Source: Utricularia gibba (Eukaryota; Plantae; Magnoliophyta). From it: a DNA stretch of 64,000 nt. This document shows, piece after piece, positions 36,863 through 53,110 of this stretch (its first letter is position 1; the number at the start of each line of letters is the position of its first letter). The notes beneath the pieces are model-generated. The model was not told the origin of the DNA. It made no database searches and saw nothing but the letters and a program-made list of their open reading frames with translations. The translations under genes were made by a program, and so were the position numbers. The stretch lies in the NCBI GenBank assembly GCA_002189035.1, contig NEEC01000008.1:2542001-2606000 (forward strand), written 5' to 3'.

Positions 36863-39800
36863 ATGACTACATTGGCTTACCTGCATCTTTCGCCCTTTAA
36901 TTTCCGTCACAGCACCGGCGGGCGCCCGCCACCGCGGCTTCTGCTTCGGCGTTGGAGTGACCCCTTGTGTGCTGATGGTCGCCGGAGGATGGGGGTTCGT
37001 CCCTGTAGGTCTTTCAAGGATGGCGAGGATCATGGGTTGCTTGAAAAAGAGAATGGGGAGGAAGGGGATTCAGGGGGGATAGGGGAAGGTAGCAGTTTTA
37101 GGTCGAGTAGGGATGTAAATAAATTAGTGGGTTTGATTAGAGACGCTGTTTGGAGTGTCTCCAAGCCTAGTTTGCGATCAGCATGGGTGTTCAGGGAGGC
37201 TATAGAGAAGTTGGAAGAGACATTGTTTTCCGTAAGTTCCTGTTTTGATGGAGAAGCCCTGAATATTATTCACCATCAGTTCTTTTTTGAAAAAAAAATG
37301 AATCGATACAGTGGGAAGGGGTGAGAGCCGAGGGCTTCTCGAAAACACGTAATTGGTTTTCCAGAATTATGCAAGGGATTAGATATTTTTTTCTGAATAA
37401 TTATCCACTGCCGATTTATCCAGGAAATTTGTTTGAATGGTATTCTCAGTTACGTCTGCTGTTACATTTGTTTTTGTTACCTTCCTGTTCTTCTTCACTT
37501 TTCATAGCAAATCTTGAGATTTGATAAAGTGATTTGATCAAGGAAACAGATTTCTATGGTGTAAAATGCGTCTAAGTGTTTTGGTATTGGGGAATATCTC
37601 CTCTAGTTATTTGTGACTTCAGATACACGAGTATTACGCCTGCCCATATTTTGACACTGCTGCTTCCCATTGACAGCTTTCTATTCACGTTGGGAGATAC
37701 ATTGTGACAATGCTAAGCACTGGAGTTATACTGCTCATCGGGTTTCAGTTGTCAGGCTAGTGTCCAAAACAAATGCATTTTTAAACCTCATGAGCTTTTA
37801 CTCATTGTAATTTCCTTTTTCTTTAAAAATTCAGGTGGGGAGGAACAAATGAACACACTGATTTGGTATAGTTGGCTTGGAGGAATCATTATTGGAACGA
37901 TGATAGGTTCCAACATGGTCTTGGATGAAGTCAGTAGATCAGGTCCTCGCAACGTCGTCATAACTGGAAGGTAGTGATTTAAATGGGAAACGCATCACGA
38001 ACTTAAAGACACTTAGAAAATTGGATGAGTAGCAGTTATGATGACGAAACAGCATTTAGTCCAATATTTCTACTAGGATATCCATGAAGGAATTTGTCTC
38101 ATCTTTCCACTTGAATGACTCGCTTGTGGAATTCCAAGTGGCTGTTAATGTATAGTTCATTTTAAGTTAACTTTGTTTTCCCGTCAATCAATGAGCCTAC
38201 AGCAGGGATTTTTCTTCTTTTGTTTTAGGTCAGTTTTTGCTGCATTTTATGTTATAACGCGGGGTTTTTGTTTCTTTGCAGCACACGAGGGCTGGGTAAA
38301 GCATTGGCCCGTGAGTTCTTGCTTTCAGGTGACAGGGTTGTTGTTACTTCTCGGAGGTAATTTGCAATTCTATGAGGCATCTTGTTTTTTATGTAATCCC
38401 TTTGAATTCTTACCTCTTGTCTATATGAACTTTTGGCTACAGCCCCGAATCTGTTGACATGACTATCAAGGAGCTTTCTGAAAACTTGCGGCAACTCAAG
38501 GTTGCAGGTGGTTCATCAGCTAAACAGTTACGCCACGCAAAAGTTGTGGGTGTTTCATGTGATGTTTCTAAACCTGGTGATGTAAACAAGTTGGCAAAGT
38601 TCGCTGTTGACGAACTTGGGACAATTGACATCTGGGTATGCAATCATCCATCACTTATATTGTCAATGATCTAATCAGTTATTTTTGGTGAGAAAAAAAA
38701 ATTCCAAGTGTGAACACCCTCTGTTTTCATGTAGTCAGTTTGATCTCCCTTTCAGCGCATGGTTACCTCTAGCTGCCATCAGTGCCAGTTGCTGACCATG
38801 CTTTCCTGATTTAGAGTCAGAAAATATTGGGATATATATTTTTTAGGAGTTAGAATTTCGTGGGATTTATTTAAAAGGTGGCCATTGGGTGAATGGATCA
38901 GCTATCCATGCTTTCCATTGCAGTGTTATGCAAACGCAAGCAGCATCTCCTTCTCGTTTATGATGTTATTGTACAGCTTGAATGATAGCAATCCTTGTCA
39001 AAAAAAAAAAAAAAAAAAGACTTGTCTATTTGATTCAAGAATTTAGTCATTGCACCTCCTTTGGTTTTGAGTGTTTATATTTTGTATAGGTTAACAATGC
39101 GGGTATCAACAAGGGATTTAGGCCATTGCTGCAATTTGGTGATGACGACATCCAGCAGGTGTGGCAATATGGTTGTTATTTCCAATCCCAAAAACTTCAG
39201 TATTTAGTCTGCCCAACTAGTGATTACTTTAGTAATTCCTATAAACCATTGCTCGTCAACTCCTTTATTTGATGGTTCTTCATAATTGAACATAAGCATG
39301 ATATATCCTGATTTTTCTATGGTTGTGTGTTTCTGTTCAAGCCTGTTCTTTAGAGAGTGTGAGAAGAGGGGATTAAAAAGTTTAAGATAGAAGAGAATAA
39401 AAAGAAAAATAAGAAAGTCTTGTAGTAGGTTTTTCTCATACTGTCTAATTCAACTATAGATTGTATCTACAAATTTGGTTGGGTCCATACTCTGCACACG
39501 TGAAGCATTGCGCATAATGGAGAACCAGAGAAGTGGTGGTAATATATTCAACATGGATGGTGCAGGATCTGGAGGATCCAGCACACCACTCACGGCTGTG
39601 TGAGTTTCGTTCTGGAATCTACAACAAATGCTTTCAATCCCTTTTCCTGCATGTTTTGACTAATGTTTTCATATTCTTTGGAATAGATATGGTTCAACAA
39701 AATGTGGTCTTCGACAGCTTCATTCATCACTCCTTACAGAATGCAGAAGGTCGAAAGTGGGAGTTCATACTGCCTCGCCAGGCATGGTTTTGACAGACTT

Positions 39801-40554
39801 GCTATTGAGGTGCATCATAATCTCTGGTTCCATGGCTCGATTAACTTCTTTGATGTGGCAGTATTCCTTTCTGTAGCTGAAGAGCAGCTTTACAATTTCC
39901 ACCTTGCACGAGGAAGCTCCTTGTTCTTGTCAACAAGGACTTGCTTTGCATTTGAAACCTCCTGTTCTTTCACAATCTGGCCTTTGGATACATGCATAAG
40001 ATCCATCACAATATTTGGAGAGATAATTTGCTCTGATGGTACTCTTCTTTACTAACAATTTCATACTCTACATGTTTGCAGTGGGGCGAGTGTTAAAAAC
40101 AAGCAGATGTTCAACATCGTATGTGAGCTTCCTGAGACGGTTGCCAGAACGTTGGTTCCAAGAATGAGAGTTGTCAAGGGAAGTGGGAAGGCAATAAACT
40201 ATTTGACTCCTCCAAGGATTCTACTTGCTCTAGTTACTGCCTGGCTAAGACGAGGCCGCTGGTTTGATGATCAGGTATATTCCTACTTACACTGAACCTC
40301 TCAGAGCGAAAAAAAAAAAAAAGCTGATTTGGTATTCCCTCATTTCCTTCTGTGTGCATTACTTTCAGGGACGAGCACTTTACGCTGCCGAGGCTGATAG
40401 ACTCCGCAATTGGGCTGAAAGCCGCACACGCTTTTCATTCACAGAGGCGATGGAAATGTACACAGAGAACACATGGGTTTCAGTGTTCTCCATCTCAGTA
40501 GTGTGCGCCTTCATCATCCTGTCGAGTACGTCTATTTCGACGCCTGGTACCTGA
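36863..40554 (+). CDS. NYC1: Chlorophyll(ide) b reductase NYC1 (SDR), 10 exons; intron 2 is GC-AG
   Basis: MTTLAYLHL start, GRYIVTMLSTG, WYSWLGG, cofactor motif TGSTRGLG, NNAG, catalytic YGSTK, and C-terminus ALYAAEADRLRNWAESRTRFSFTEAMEMYTENTWVS...PGT. Confidence 0.95.
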
Positions 40555-41394
40555 TTTCCAACTGGCTTTTGGTTGTAGCATTCTTATTCTTTTCTCTCTG
40601 GTGGAAATACCATTGGGTTCTTGGTGCTTGTTCGAGTGTGTGAATTCTAGATGTAGAGGGGTATATCATTTTATTCTTCTTTTTCTTACTGCTGTTTAGA
40701 TTCTGCTATCTGAACACTGAAAGAATTCATCCTGTAAGTCTGTGATGGCTGGCTTGACTCTTTTCCTCACAAATGAAGATAAATCTTGCTGAAGTTCCAC
40801 TTGAATGTCGTGACCCCCTGTTTAAGGGAGCACCATCTGGGAGTCTTTCTGGTGTGATCATATTAAAATCTGGATTTCTACTTGAACCAGTAAAAGATGT
40901 CTGGGAAATTTAGTACGATCATATTAGAGTTCCACATTATCTCAATTGCAGCATGCATCAGCCAGGGAGGGTTGGCAATGAACCTCATTCTTCCTTTAGT
41001 GAGTTATCAAGTAGCTGCTGCTGTTTGTTGGTGGATAAAATGGTGTGATGTGAGATGGAAAAGGAAACCATTAGCCTTACAGTAAGCATTCCATCAGATT
41101 TAGTAGCTCCAAAGATCAGCTTTTCAGTGTCTGCTGCTGCTCCAGTGCTGTAGTTCTGGTTTCTTCACCAACAATTATCCCTTCTCCAAGAGATGGGCAG
41201 ACTTTGGCTTATCTGTTTGGAAATTACCGCTGGATAATTGAAACATTTAATTGATTACATTCATCAAACAAATGAATATTCTCACATGTATTACCATGCA
41301 AGAAAAAAGAAATAATATCGACTGTGAACTTCGTATGGTGGTGGTGATTAGTTCATGTGCTCCAAACAGAGGATTGCGGAGTTCCCCTTGGCCT

Positions 41395-45044
<3,650 letters not shown>

Positions 45045-45428
45045 TTAACCCTACTTTTTCCCGGAAACAAAGAAGCGAATGTATATCCTGCCTATACAGA
45101 GGGAGGCTGCTGCAACCCCAAATTCAAACTCAGATGTAAAGCAGGCGGCGGCGACGGCACGCCCGCGGCAGAGAAACCTCAAACGAAGTTTAATCGGCAA
45201 AAATTCAGGGCTTCTTTTACTCGAATAAAGCTTTTTTTTAATTATAATAAAATAGAAATAAAAAATTAAGGAATTATTTGCAATGGAGACATATATGGAC
45301 GGCTGAGATCAAAGAGAGGCCAAAATAATAAATAAATTCCATCAAATTAAAAAGGAAGAGAGAAAAAACATCCCACCGTGTGTTTGTGATCGGAACAAGC
45401 AGCGGAGCTCTGCAATCGACCAGCCAAG

Positions 45429-45638
45429 ATGCACTGCGCCTCTGGCCTTTCTTCTTCTTATCTCACCGTCGGCTCCACCGCCTTCTCTTCGTCTCGTTCA
45501 TTAGATCTCAGGCCCTTTGCCTTCGGAAGAAGGATTTGTTCAGATGGCTACCGGAGCAAGCTTCTAGAAAGGCTTTCAAGTGGCAATTCTTCCTGTTCAT
45601 CAACAAGGATTTCTGTGGTTAGTGTTGGCCCGCGATAG
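45429..45638 (+). other. Orphan Ser/Arg-rich transit-peptide-like ORF divergent from CDC48C; possible truncated gene or pseudogene
   Basis: ATG-initiated 69-codon ORF that is Ser-rich and acid-poor, with a donor GTTAGT at 45618. No recognisable mature domain follows. Confidence 0.35.
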
Positions 45639-46619
45639 GCGGCAGCAGCATTTTTTCTACCTTCTCCAAGTCGAAAATTTTTTGGTTGTGTCGTTCATCT
45701 TTGTCTAACAGCTTGGGAGGAAAACGAAGGGCAGCGACACTGTCGTCATTCCCGACCCTGATTTCCGAATCCCGATTACACTTCTAGGTGACGCTTGACT
45801 TTTGAACTCTCAAATTTTTAATCGTCATCTGCTTTTTGAGCTATCGATTCCCAATAGCTTGAATTTGATGAATTAGTTTGAAGGTGAAACAATTTAATGA
45901 TGTCCATAATCTCGCTCCACAACCGGGACTTGTTTTCTGCAGGAGTGGCAGGTAGCCTGGTTTATGTCAATAACGTAGCCGCAGCGGTACCTGTCGGCCT
46001 TCTGGGTTTGCTTCTCTTAGTTCAGGTCATCAACCATAACCCACATTTCCTTATGAAACTTCTCAGAAGGAAGAATGCGGTCTGGATTTTCTCACCATTC
46101 TTCTTGCTTTCAGGCAAATAGAGTGAGATTCGTGTTTGATGACCAAGCCCTGGTTTGTTTCTAACTTCAGAACGGCATATCATATTTGTTCTGAACGCAT
46201 CAATGTTTACGCGTAATGACTAAATGTATCATCAAGCAGGAAGTTAAAGTTGGGGAAGAGCTCGAGGAATCGGGGAAAATGTTTTTGTGGGTGGAAAAAA
46301 CCGATGGAAGTAAGTGAATACAGCTCCAGTTGTTCTTCCACAGGAAATTGAATAGCTGCTAACATAAAGTTACATTAGATACTCGTCATTTGTGAACTGG
46401 GAGCTATGGTGGCCTTCTTTTCCAATACTGGTTTACTTCAAGGAAACACAGACAAAAGAAGATGGACAGATTCACTTCTTCCCTGTCATATTTGTAAGTT
46501 TGTCATATGGCTGATGAGATGGCGCAACCATAAGCTTCATCCTTTGACTTCATTTTTTCGTGGTGGCAAACAGAATGGGAAGCAGCTTTACGACGTTATG
46601 GTGGAAAGATGCGGTCCTT

Positions 46620-47346
46620 CTAAAACCAGCGGACCAAAATAGCTGAATCTGCATCAAAACGAGTGTCTTGAACCAGATGTGTAGATTCTATGGGAGAGAA
46701 AGTACATAAAGAAAGATGTAAAGGTGAACCTAGTGACTTCGGCTGTGATTTGAAAGGAAAATAAGATTTATAATATCGAACATGTCTGGATACAAGATGA
46801 ATTTTCCTGAAGATCAAAAAGCTTGCATCCCTTTTGACCTGGTGACAATAAAGACGCTTCCTCTTGGAGCCAATTCTGCCAGGTGTTTATAAGGACAGGA
46901 GGTATGCCTAGTCCATTGCAAAGAGTATCAGAATCATGGTTTCTGAATTCCCCTCCATTATTAGAGGGAAGACGAACCACCTGAGCATCACAGATTTTTT
47001 CTGCGATGGTAATGAATGCAGCAAATAGGGATGAAAAATTCTGTTCACTAGCCAAAAGGAATGTCTATGTGGATCTGGAGTATTCATCCACAATGGTGGG
47101 GAAATAATCTAGGGTCCCCAAAGGTCTATGCAATTTATGAAACTTTGCAAGCTGACAAACATCTCATGGCATTGAATGCACGCAATGAAGAGGAAAATGT
47201 TTGGCTTTTGAATCAGAAATATGGCCACCTCTACAATGCCACAGTAAATTGGAATCCTTAGCAGTGATGGATCGGACAAAATCTGAATTAAAAACATCTG
47301 CGGAATCAAAAACAAAGTCTTTTATCAGAGAGGTCAGAGCTTCCAC
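46620..47346 (-). mobile_element. Degenerate Ty1/copia internal fragment (GAG-pre-integrase plus integrase)
   Basis: Frameshifted pieces in the expected order: LLWHCRGGH (LWHxRLGH), CIDLWGP (HxDLWGP), RLPSNNGGEF (RSDNGGEF), QKGCKLFDL (QKGYKCYD) and LVSRHVRYYKSYFPF (ISRHVxFxExxFPF). Confidence 0.85.
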
Positions 47347-49764
47347 CTTGGAACAAGTTGAGCAGATTTGGCAGAAAGGATTTGTGGTCGAGTATGTAAG
47401 TTTGGTTAGCCTCAGACCAATGGCAATGAGGCAACATCAAGCCCTGAATAATGCATTTTCGCTATAACATGTTTTCCAACAGAACAAAGGTTGTACTTGC
47501 AACAAGGAACATAAAGCACTTGAGGAATGATGAGGGTTGGATGAATCCTAGCACCACCCTGGTGACTGATCAATTTGAAACCCACAAACTCTCTCTGATA
47601 CTACATCAAAATATGAGGTTCAATGAGCAAGGGATCACGAGCACCAGGGGCAAAGAGAAAAGTGGCTATCAACCCTATAAACTCTTTATACAGAAATTGG
47701 AAACCTTGAATTTTGGTATTGGCATGGACTTGAATTCATTCCAATTTTTCAAATACTTGTATCGTTCTAATATGACTTTCTCTCATATCAAGATTGATGT
47801 TAATATTATACGATATTATTTACTTTTAACATTTAACTTTCACGATTATACATTTTTTTTTATTTTGATTTACTAGATTTTTGGGACTTACGTTGATTGG
47901 GCCGGCCTATGAACCCGTGGCAGACCAATCGCCATAGGGTTTCCTCAAGGCTCGAACTTTCAGGCACGGGCCGTCTTCCCCGACACCTCATTATTTTGTA
48001 CAGTGAATTGAATCGTATAGTGATTCGGATAAAAAAAGAATACTTGGAATGAATTTACTTTTTTTGTTGTCGGTAAGGGTAATAATGATTTGCAATCCCC
48101 ACAGTAATTTTTCAAATTGATTCATTTGGTGAATTGAAATGGGGCATTGAAAGCAGCACCAAATGCACCTCAAATCAATTTGAAAGCTCCTCAAATTCCA
48201 ATTACACTCAAGACACCGATGTCCGCACGTCCATTTGCATTTCAATCAGACCACGACCACAATCAATATCTATTTCAAAAATCCTATTTTTTAATATATC
48301 CATTATTCATAAAAAAACCTACATAATTTATTTAATAATGTATTTTTTTTTTCAAAACCCTTTTCTAATATTAAAGAAAAACATTTAATCATATATTTAT
48401 AAAATTTGTATACCATATACTTAATTTCAATTTTAATTGGAGAATATATTTATTTAAAATATAATCGACATGCACGGAAACCAATCACATGATCCATTCG
48501 TGCCAATGGAAAACGATGCCCCGGATTTGAAGCTACTTACACTCGAAAAAGAAATGAGATTTGGGCGGTGTTTTGTGGAGCTGCTCTTAACGGCTATGAT
48601 TCTAATGTTGGATAGAAACTAATATTCGAATTTCGCATTTGATTCGAAAGGAAAAATTTCGAAAAAATTTCACTGAAATTTGAAATATAACCCAATGTTT
48701 TAAATTCCGAAATTTAGAATCATTTACAAATCTGGTCATTCATACATTCAACTCGCACTAAAATAACGCATCAGACAAACTTCCTCCTCAATGCTAAACT
48801 TAAGAAGCTGGCTGTAAATTCACAGAACACAGAGCACGTGCAGAGCCGCGAAGGCATGCATCAACTAACCTTTTCAATTCATTCTTTCTCCTTCCGCTCA
48901 CGTGACTGTTTTTTCTTAATGCAATGTGTCTATAGGTTTTTTTTTCTACGAAAAAAAAAAGTTTGGAAGAAATTTATTGTACAAGACATCTCGAATTGTG
49001 TAACAAGTTATAGAAACGTGGGTAGAAATATCCCACTTAATGGCAAACTTATTCCAAAACCTACCTAAAATCACGTACAAAACTAACCTAAAATGAGATG
49101 AGATCATGATGGAAAAAATGTATTTAAATTAGATCGATATTAAATCATGATATAAAAAACATAAACTATGAAGATTGAATGTACGAACATACGGCAAACT
49201 TATAAGTTTAAAATGAATGGTTTATGTAACGATACATGTTCGTCCTACACGATATTATCCGTTTTAAATACTCAATTTTTATAATTTTATGTTTTTTATT
49301 TTCAATCAAAATGTCTACTACAAGATTAGAGAAGATCTTTATATAAATCATTTTTTTATCTTTTTGTAATCGATATAGTATTCGTCTAAGGTCTTTACAT
49401 ACTTCCTTGGACCTGATATTTCCATCCTCCTTGGAAACTCAATGCCCTTGGTGAGATTTACACCACCATTAGTTACAAGTTGGGGTTTGGTTTTAATACC
49501 AAATTTTAGGATTCATCATCATTTTACATAATATTATCTGTTTTAGATATTCAATACTTCTTATATTAACAAATAAAGACTACTCAAATACGGCACCACT
49601 TTCCTTGGTCATTAAGTCTAATGGGATGCACCTTTTATTTTGTAATAAAATTGAAAAGGAACGGACATCATGATTCATGAGAGCTATAAATGCCCCATTC
49701 GTGTGGTGAAAAGTTTATCACATAACTACCAGTAACGAACAAAACTTCCGCATTCCTCTTCACG

Positions 49765-51416
49765 ATGTGGGTTCAGACACCAAGCCTCCTCCTCTTCACC
49801 CCATCATTGCTAAACTCGCTTCCACTCTCATGCTTCCTGTTGGTTGTGGCGGTTTTCGCCTTCTGGGTCTCTCCCGGTGGGCTTGCATGGGCACTTGCAC
49901 ACACCGCAAAGGCCAGTAAGAGTAGTGATAGTGTTAGTATTGGGATTCCGGGGCCCTTTGGCTTCCCTCTCCTGGGCTCGGCGCTTATTTTCGTCACCTC
50001 CACCCCATATCGGATCCTGTCGGAGGCTTCTAGAAGGCTGAAAGCTACTCGTTTGATGGCCTTCTCGGTCGGGTTTACTCGAATGGTCATTTCGAGTCAC
50101 CCGGCTACTGCAAAGGAGATTCTCGGTAGCTCTGCTTTCGCTGACAGGCCGGTGAAGGAGTCTGCTTATGGACTGCTGTTCGATAGAGCCATGGGTTTCG
50201 CTCCGTATGGGGAGTACTGGCGAAATTTGAGGAGGATCGCAGCTACTCATCTGTTTAGCCCGAAAAGAGTTGCTGGTTTTGGGGATTTCAGGAGAGAAAT
50301 CGGAGAGAAAATGGCTGAGGAAATAACGTTGAAAATGGAGAAAAACTGCAGGGTTCAGCCGAGGGAAGTGCTCCACTATGGGTCTTTGAACAATGTGATG
50401 ATGTGTGTATTTGGGAAAAACTATGATTTCGGTGATGAACATGGAGATGCAGTTGAGTTGGAGGAGATGGTGAGAGAAGGGTATCAACTGCTAGGAATTT
50501 TCAACTGGAGCGATCACTTTCCCTTTCTGGGGTGGCTTGATTTGCAGGGAGTGAGAAAAAGGAGCAAACTTTTGGTTCAAAAAGTTAATCGCTTTGTTGG
50601 GAAGATCATAATGGAGCATAGAAACAGAAGAGTTAACCAGAAAGAGCAGCATTCTCATGATTTTGTTGATGTTTTGCTTGATTTGGAGGACGAACACTTG
50701 CTTTCTGACTCTGATCTCATTGCTGTCCTTTGGGTAACTTTAACTTCAAAAGTAGTAATCTTAGTCATCTCTTTTTCTTACCCTAAACAAGTGTCTTTTT
50801 TCTCCATGATCAGGAAATGATTTTCAGAGGGACAGATACAGTAGCCATTCTATTAGAATGGATCTTAGCAAGAATGGTGCTTCATCCTGAACTCCAAGCC
50901 AAGGCTCAAGAGGAAATCGACAGGGTCACTGGGAAGAATAGACCAGTGAACGATTCCGACTTGCCAAATCTCCACTACCTCCAAGCCATAGTGAAGGAAA
51001 CTCTTAGAGTCCACCCTCCTGGTCCTCTCCTTTCATGGGCTCGTCTTGCTGTCCACAACACTCACGTCGACGGTCGCTTCGTCCCGGCTGGGACAACCGC
51101 CATGGTTAACATGTGGGCCATCACACACGACCCAGAGGTGTGGCCGGAGCCCGAAAAGTTTCAGCCTGAGAGATTCTTGCATCAAGATGTGGCCATCATG
51201 GGGTCTGATCTAAGGCTTGCACCATTCGGCTCGGGGCGAAGAGTGTGCCCTGGTAAGGCCATGGGGCTTGCGACGGTTCAGCTGTGGCTCGCTCAGCTGC
51301 TTCAGAGGTTCGAGTGGTTAGCCACAGATGAATGTGGAGTGGACTTGAGTGAATCGTTAAAGCTCTCCATGGAGATGAAGCAGCCTCTCATTTGCAAAGC
51401 AATTCCCAGGACTTGA
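49765..51416 (+). CDS. CYP78A: Cytochrome P450 CYP78A (KLUH/CYP78A5-like). Exons 49765-50733, 50814-51416
   Basis: [69 protein letters not shown] and heme motif [10 protein letters not shown]. Confidence 0.95.
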
Positions 51417-53110
51417 TGACCGGCGAGAGAGTTTTCACTGGCTGCCTGGGGTGTTTTAGTATACAAAAAACATGATAATCTAGATGAATGTTGACAGTGT
51501 TGGATACGAGCCTTGCTTCTGTAAGTATGCAGTGGAAGTATCTTTCTAAATACTTTACTGTGTACATATGATGCTAATCGCTTGCATCAACTTCTGTAAC
51601 AATGTGGAAGCTCCTAGTTTATGCTCATGCATCCTAGATTTTATACTTCAAACTCGAATTCATTGTTCAAAACATGCAATATCTTTAATGCTTTTACAGA
51701 ATCTAACTTTTTTGAAAGGAAACAGTAGTCTCTACCACCTCAAACATGAGTATGAAATGAATCAGAAAGCTGCTTAGCATCCACTATATGCTCGCACAGC
51801 AAAAGAGCACGCAAGAGAAACTAGTGAATCGTGTGTTGCATGATTAAGCAAAGTGAGTGCACAGATTGTGACCAATCATTCGAGCCCTACTGTGCCCTGT
51901 AAAGAAGGAACTAGTGGAGTGCAGGTTGGTTCCCTCCATCCACTTTCCCACTAGTGGAGTGGCGAAGAGCAGCAATCCTTTACTCAAGCGTAATACAACG
52001 TCCTAACCCTCACATCTGGATTCTTTTCACATGTTCATCTTCTTCATTTTTCGACCTTCTTTGTATCAGCAACCAAATGTTGCTTTGCCTCATTGAACCT
52101 GTAGCCAATCCACAAGATGATTCTTCTTTATTACAAAAGGCAAATCCACTTTTAATGTCTGATCGCCCAAGATCACTTCTGAGTAAAGCTAACAGAGGGG
52201 AGGATGATGACGCAATGCAACACCCAGGCCCTTCAATCATTGAAAAAGAAGATGTCGATGCCAAACCTGCATTGGGCCTTTCCCCAACTATCACTTTCAC
52301 TCCAAAAACAACTAGCAGAAGATGAAAAAGCAGAAGTCCCACCTTTATTCTCAAGCGCTGTTCTCATGGCTCCGAGTTCATTTTCAAGGCGCGCAGAATC
52401 ATTTTGCTTATCTGATGACTGTCTTCCTGTTGGCGAAACAACACGTCTCCTGCTACTGGGTTTTAGCAAGTCTTGAAAGCTGTGGAGCACATCGCTTGAG
52501 ACATCTGAATCATCTCCAAGTTGCAACCTTGTGTTCCTTCGCAGAGCTGCAAAGATCCCATGATTATCTTCTTGAATTGACTTCCATTCGAATAAAGGTG
52601 GCAACCCAAATAAAGCCAAGCCGATGGAGAAAACAAAACCAAAAATATTAAATTTTATTCAATATTTAGCTAAAACAAAATTTATACAATTATTTAAAAT
52701 ATTGAATAAATAAACTGTTCAATCTTATTGATACGTTAAAATTTGAAGATTAAATATATTAACAGAGATTAATTATATTATTTTCATGGAATATTAAAAA
52801 TTAGTATTTATTTCACCATTCCCCGAAATAAATATTTTTAATTTATTAATCATGCTTCTCTAAAAATATTTAATAAAATAAATTTTAAATTTCTATATAT
52901 TCTTAAGAAAATTCACAATAATTTTTTTTGGGCTGGGCTTATATCACAAGAATGAAAGAGGAGAAGAAAAGCCTTAGGCGGCATTCGGGCGGACACGTGT
53001 CAGCTGAGTCAGCAGGAGGCCAGCTGCGTGTCTACCTACGTGTGAATTCTCCACCGTCCCTTCACAAAGAAATTCGATTCGGAAGAACAGATTCTGCGCG
53101 CTCGAATTTG

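Noticed and set aside
46138-46194. TGATGA...CTGA with a short terminal stem
   Set aside because: Only ~57 nt, with no recognisable guide sequence or internal C'/D' boxes.
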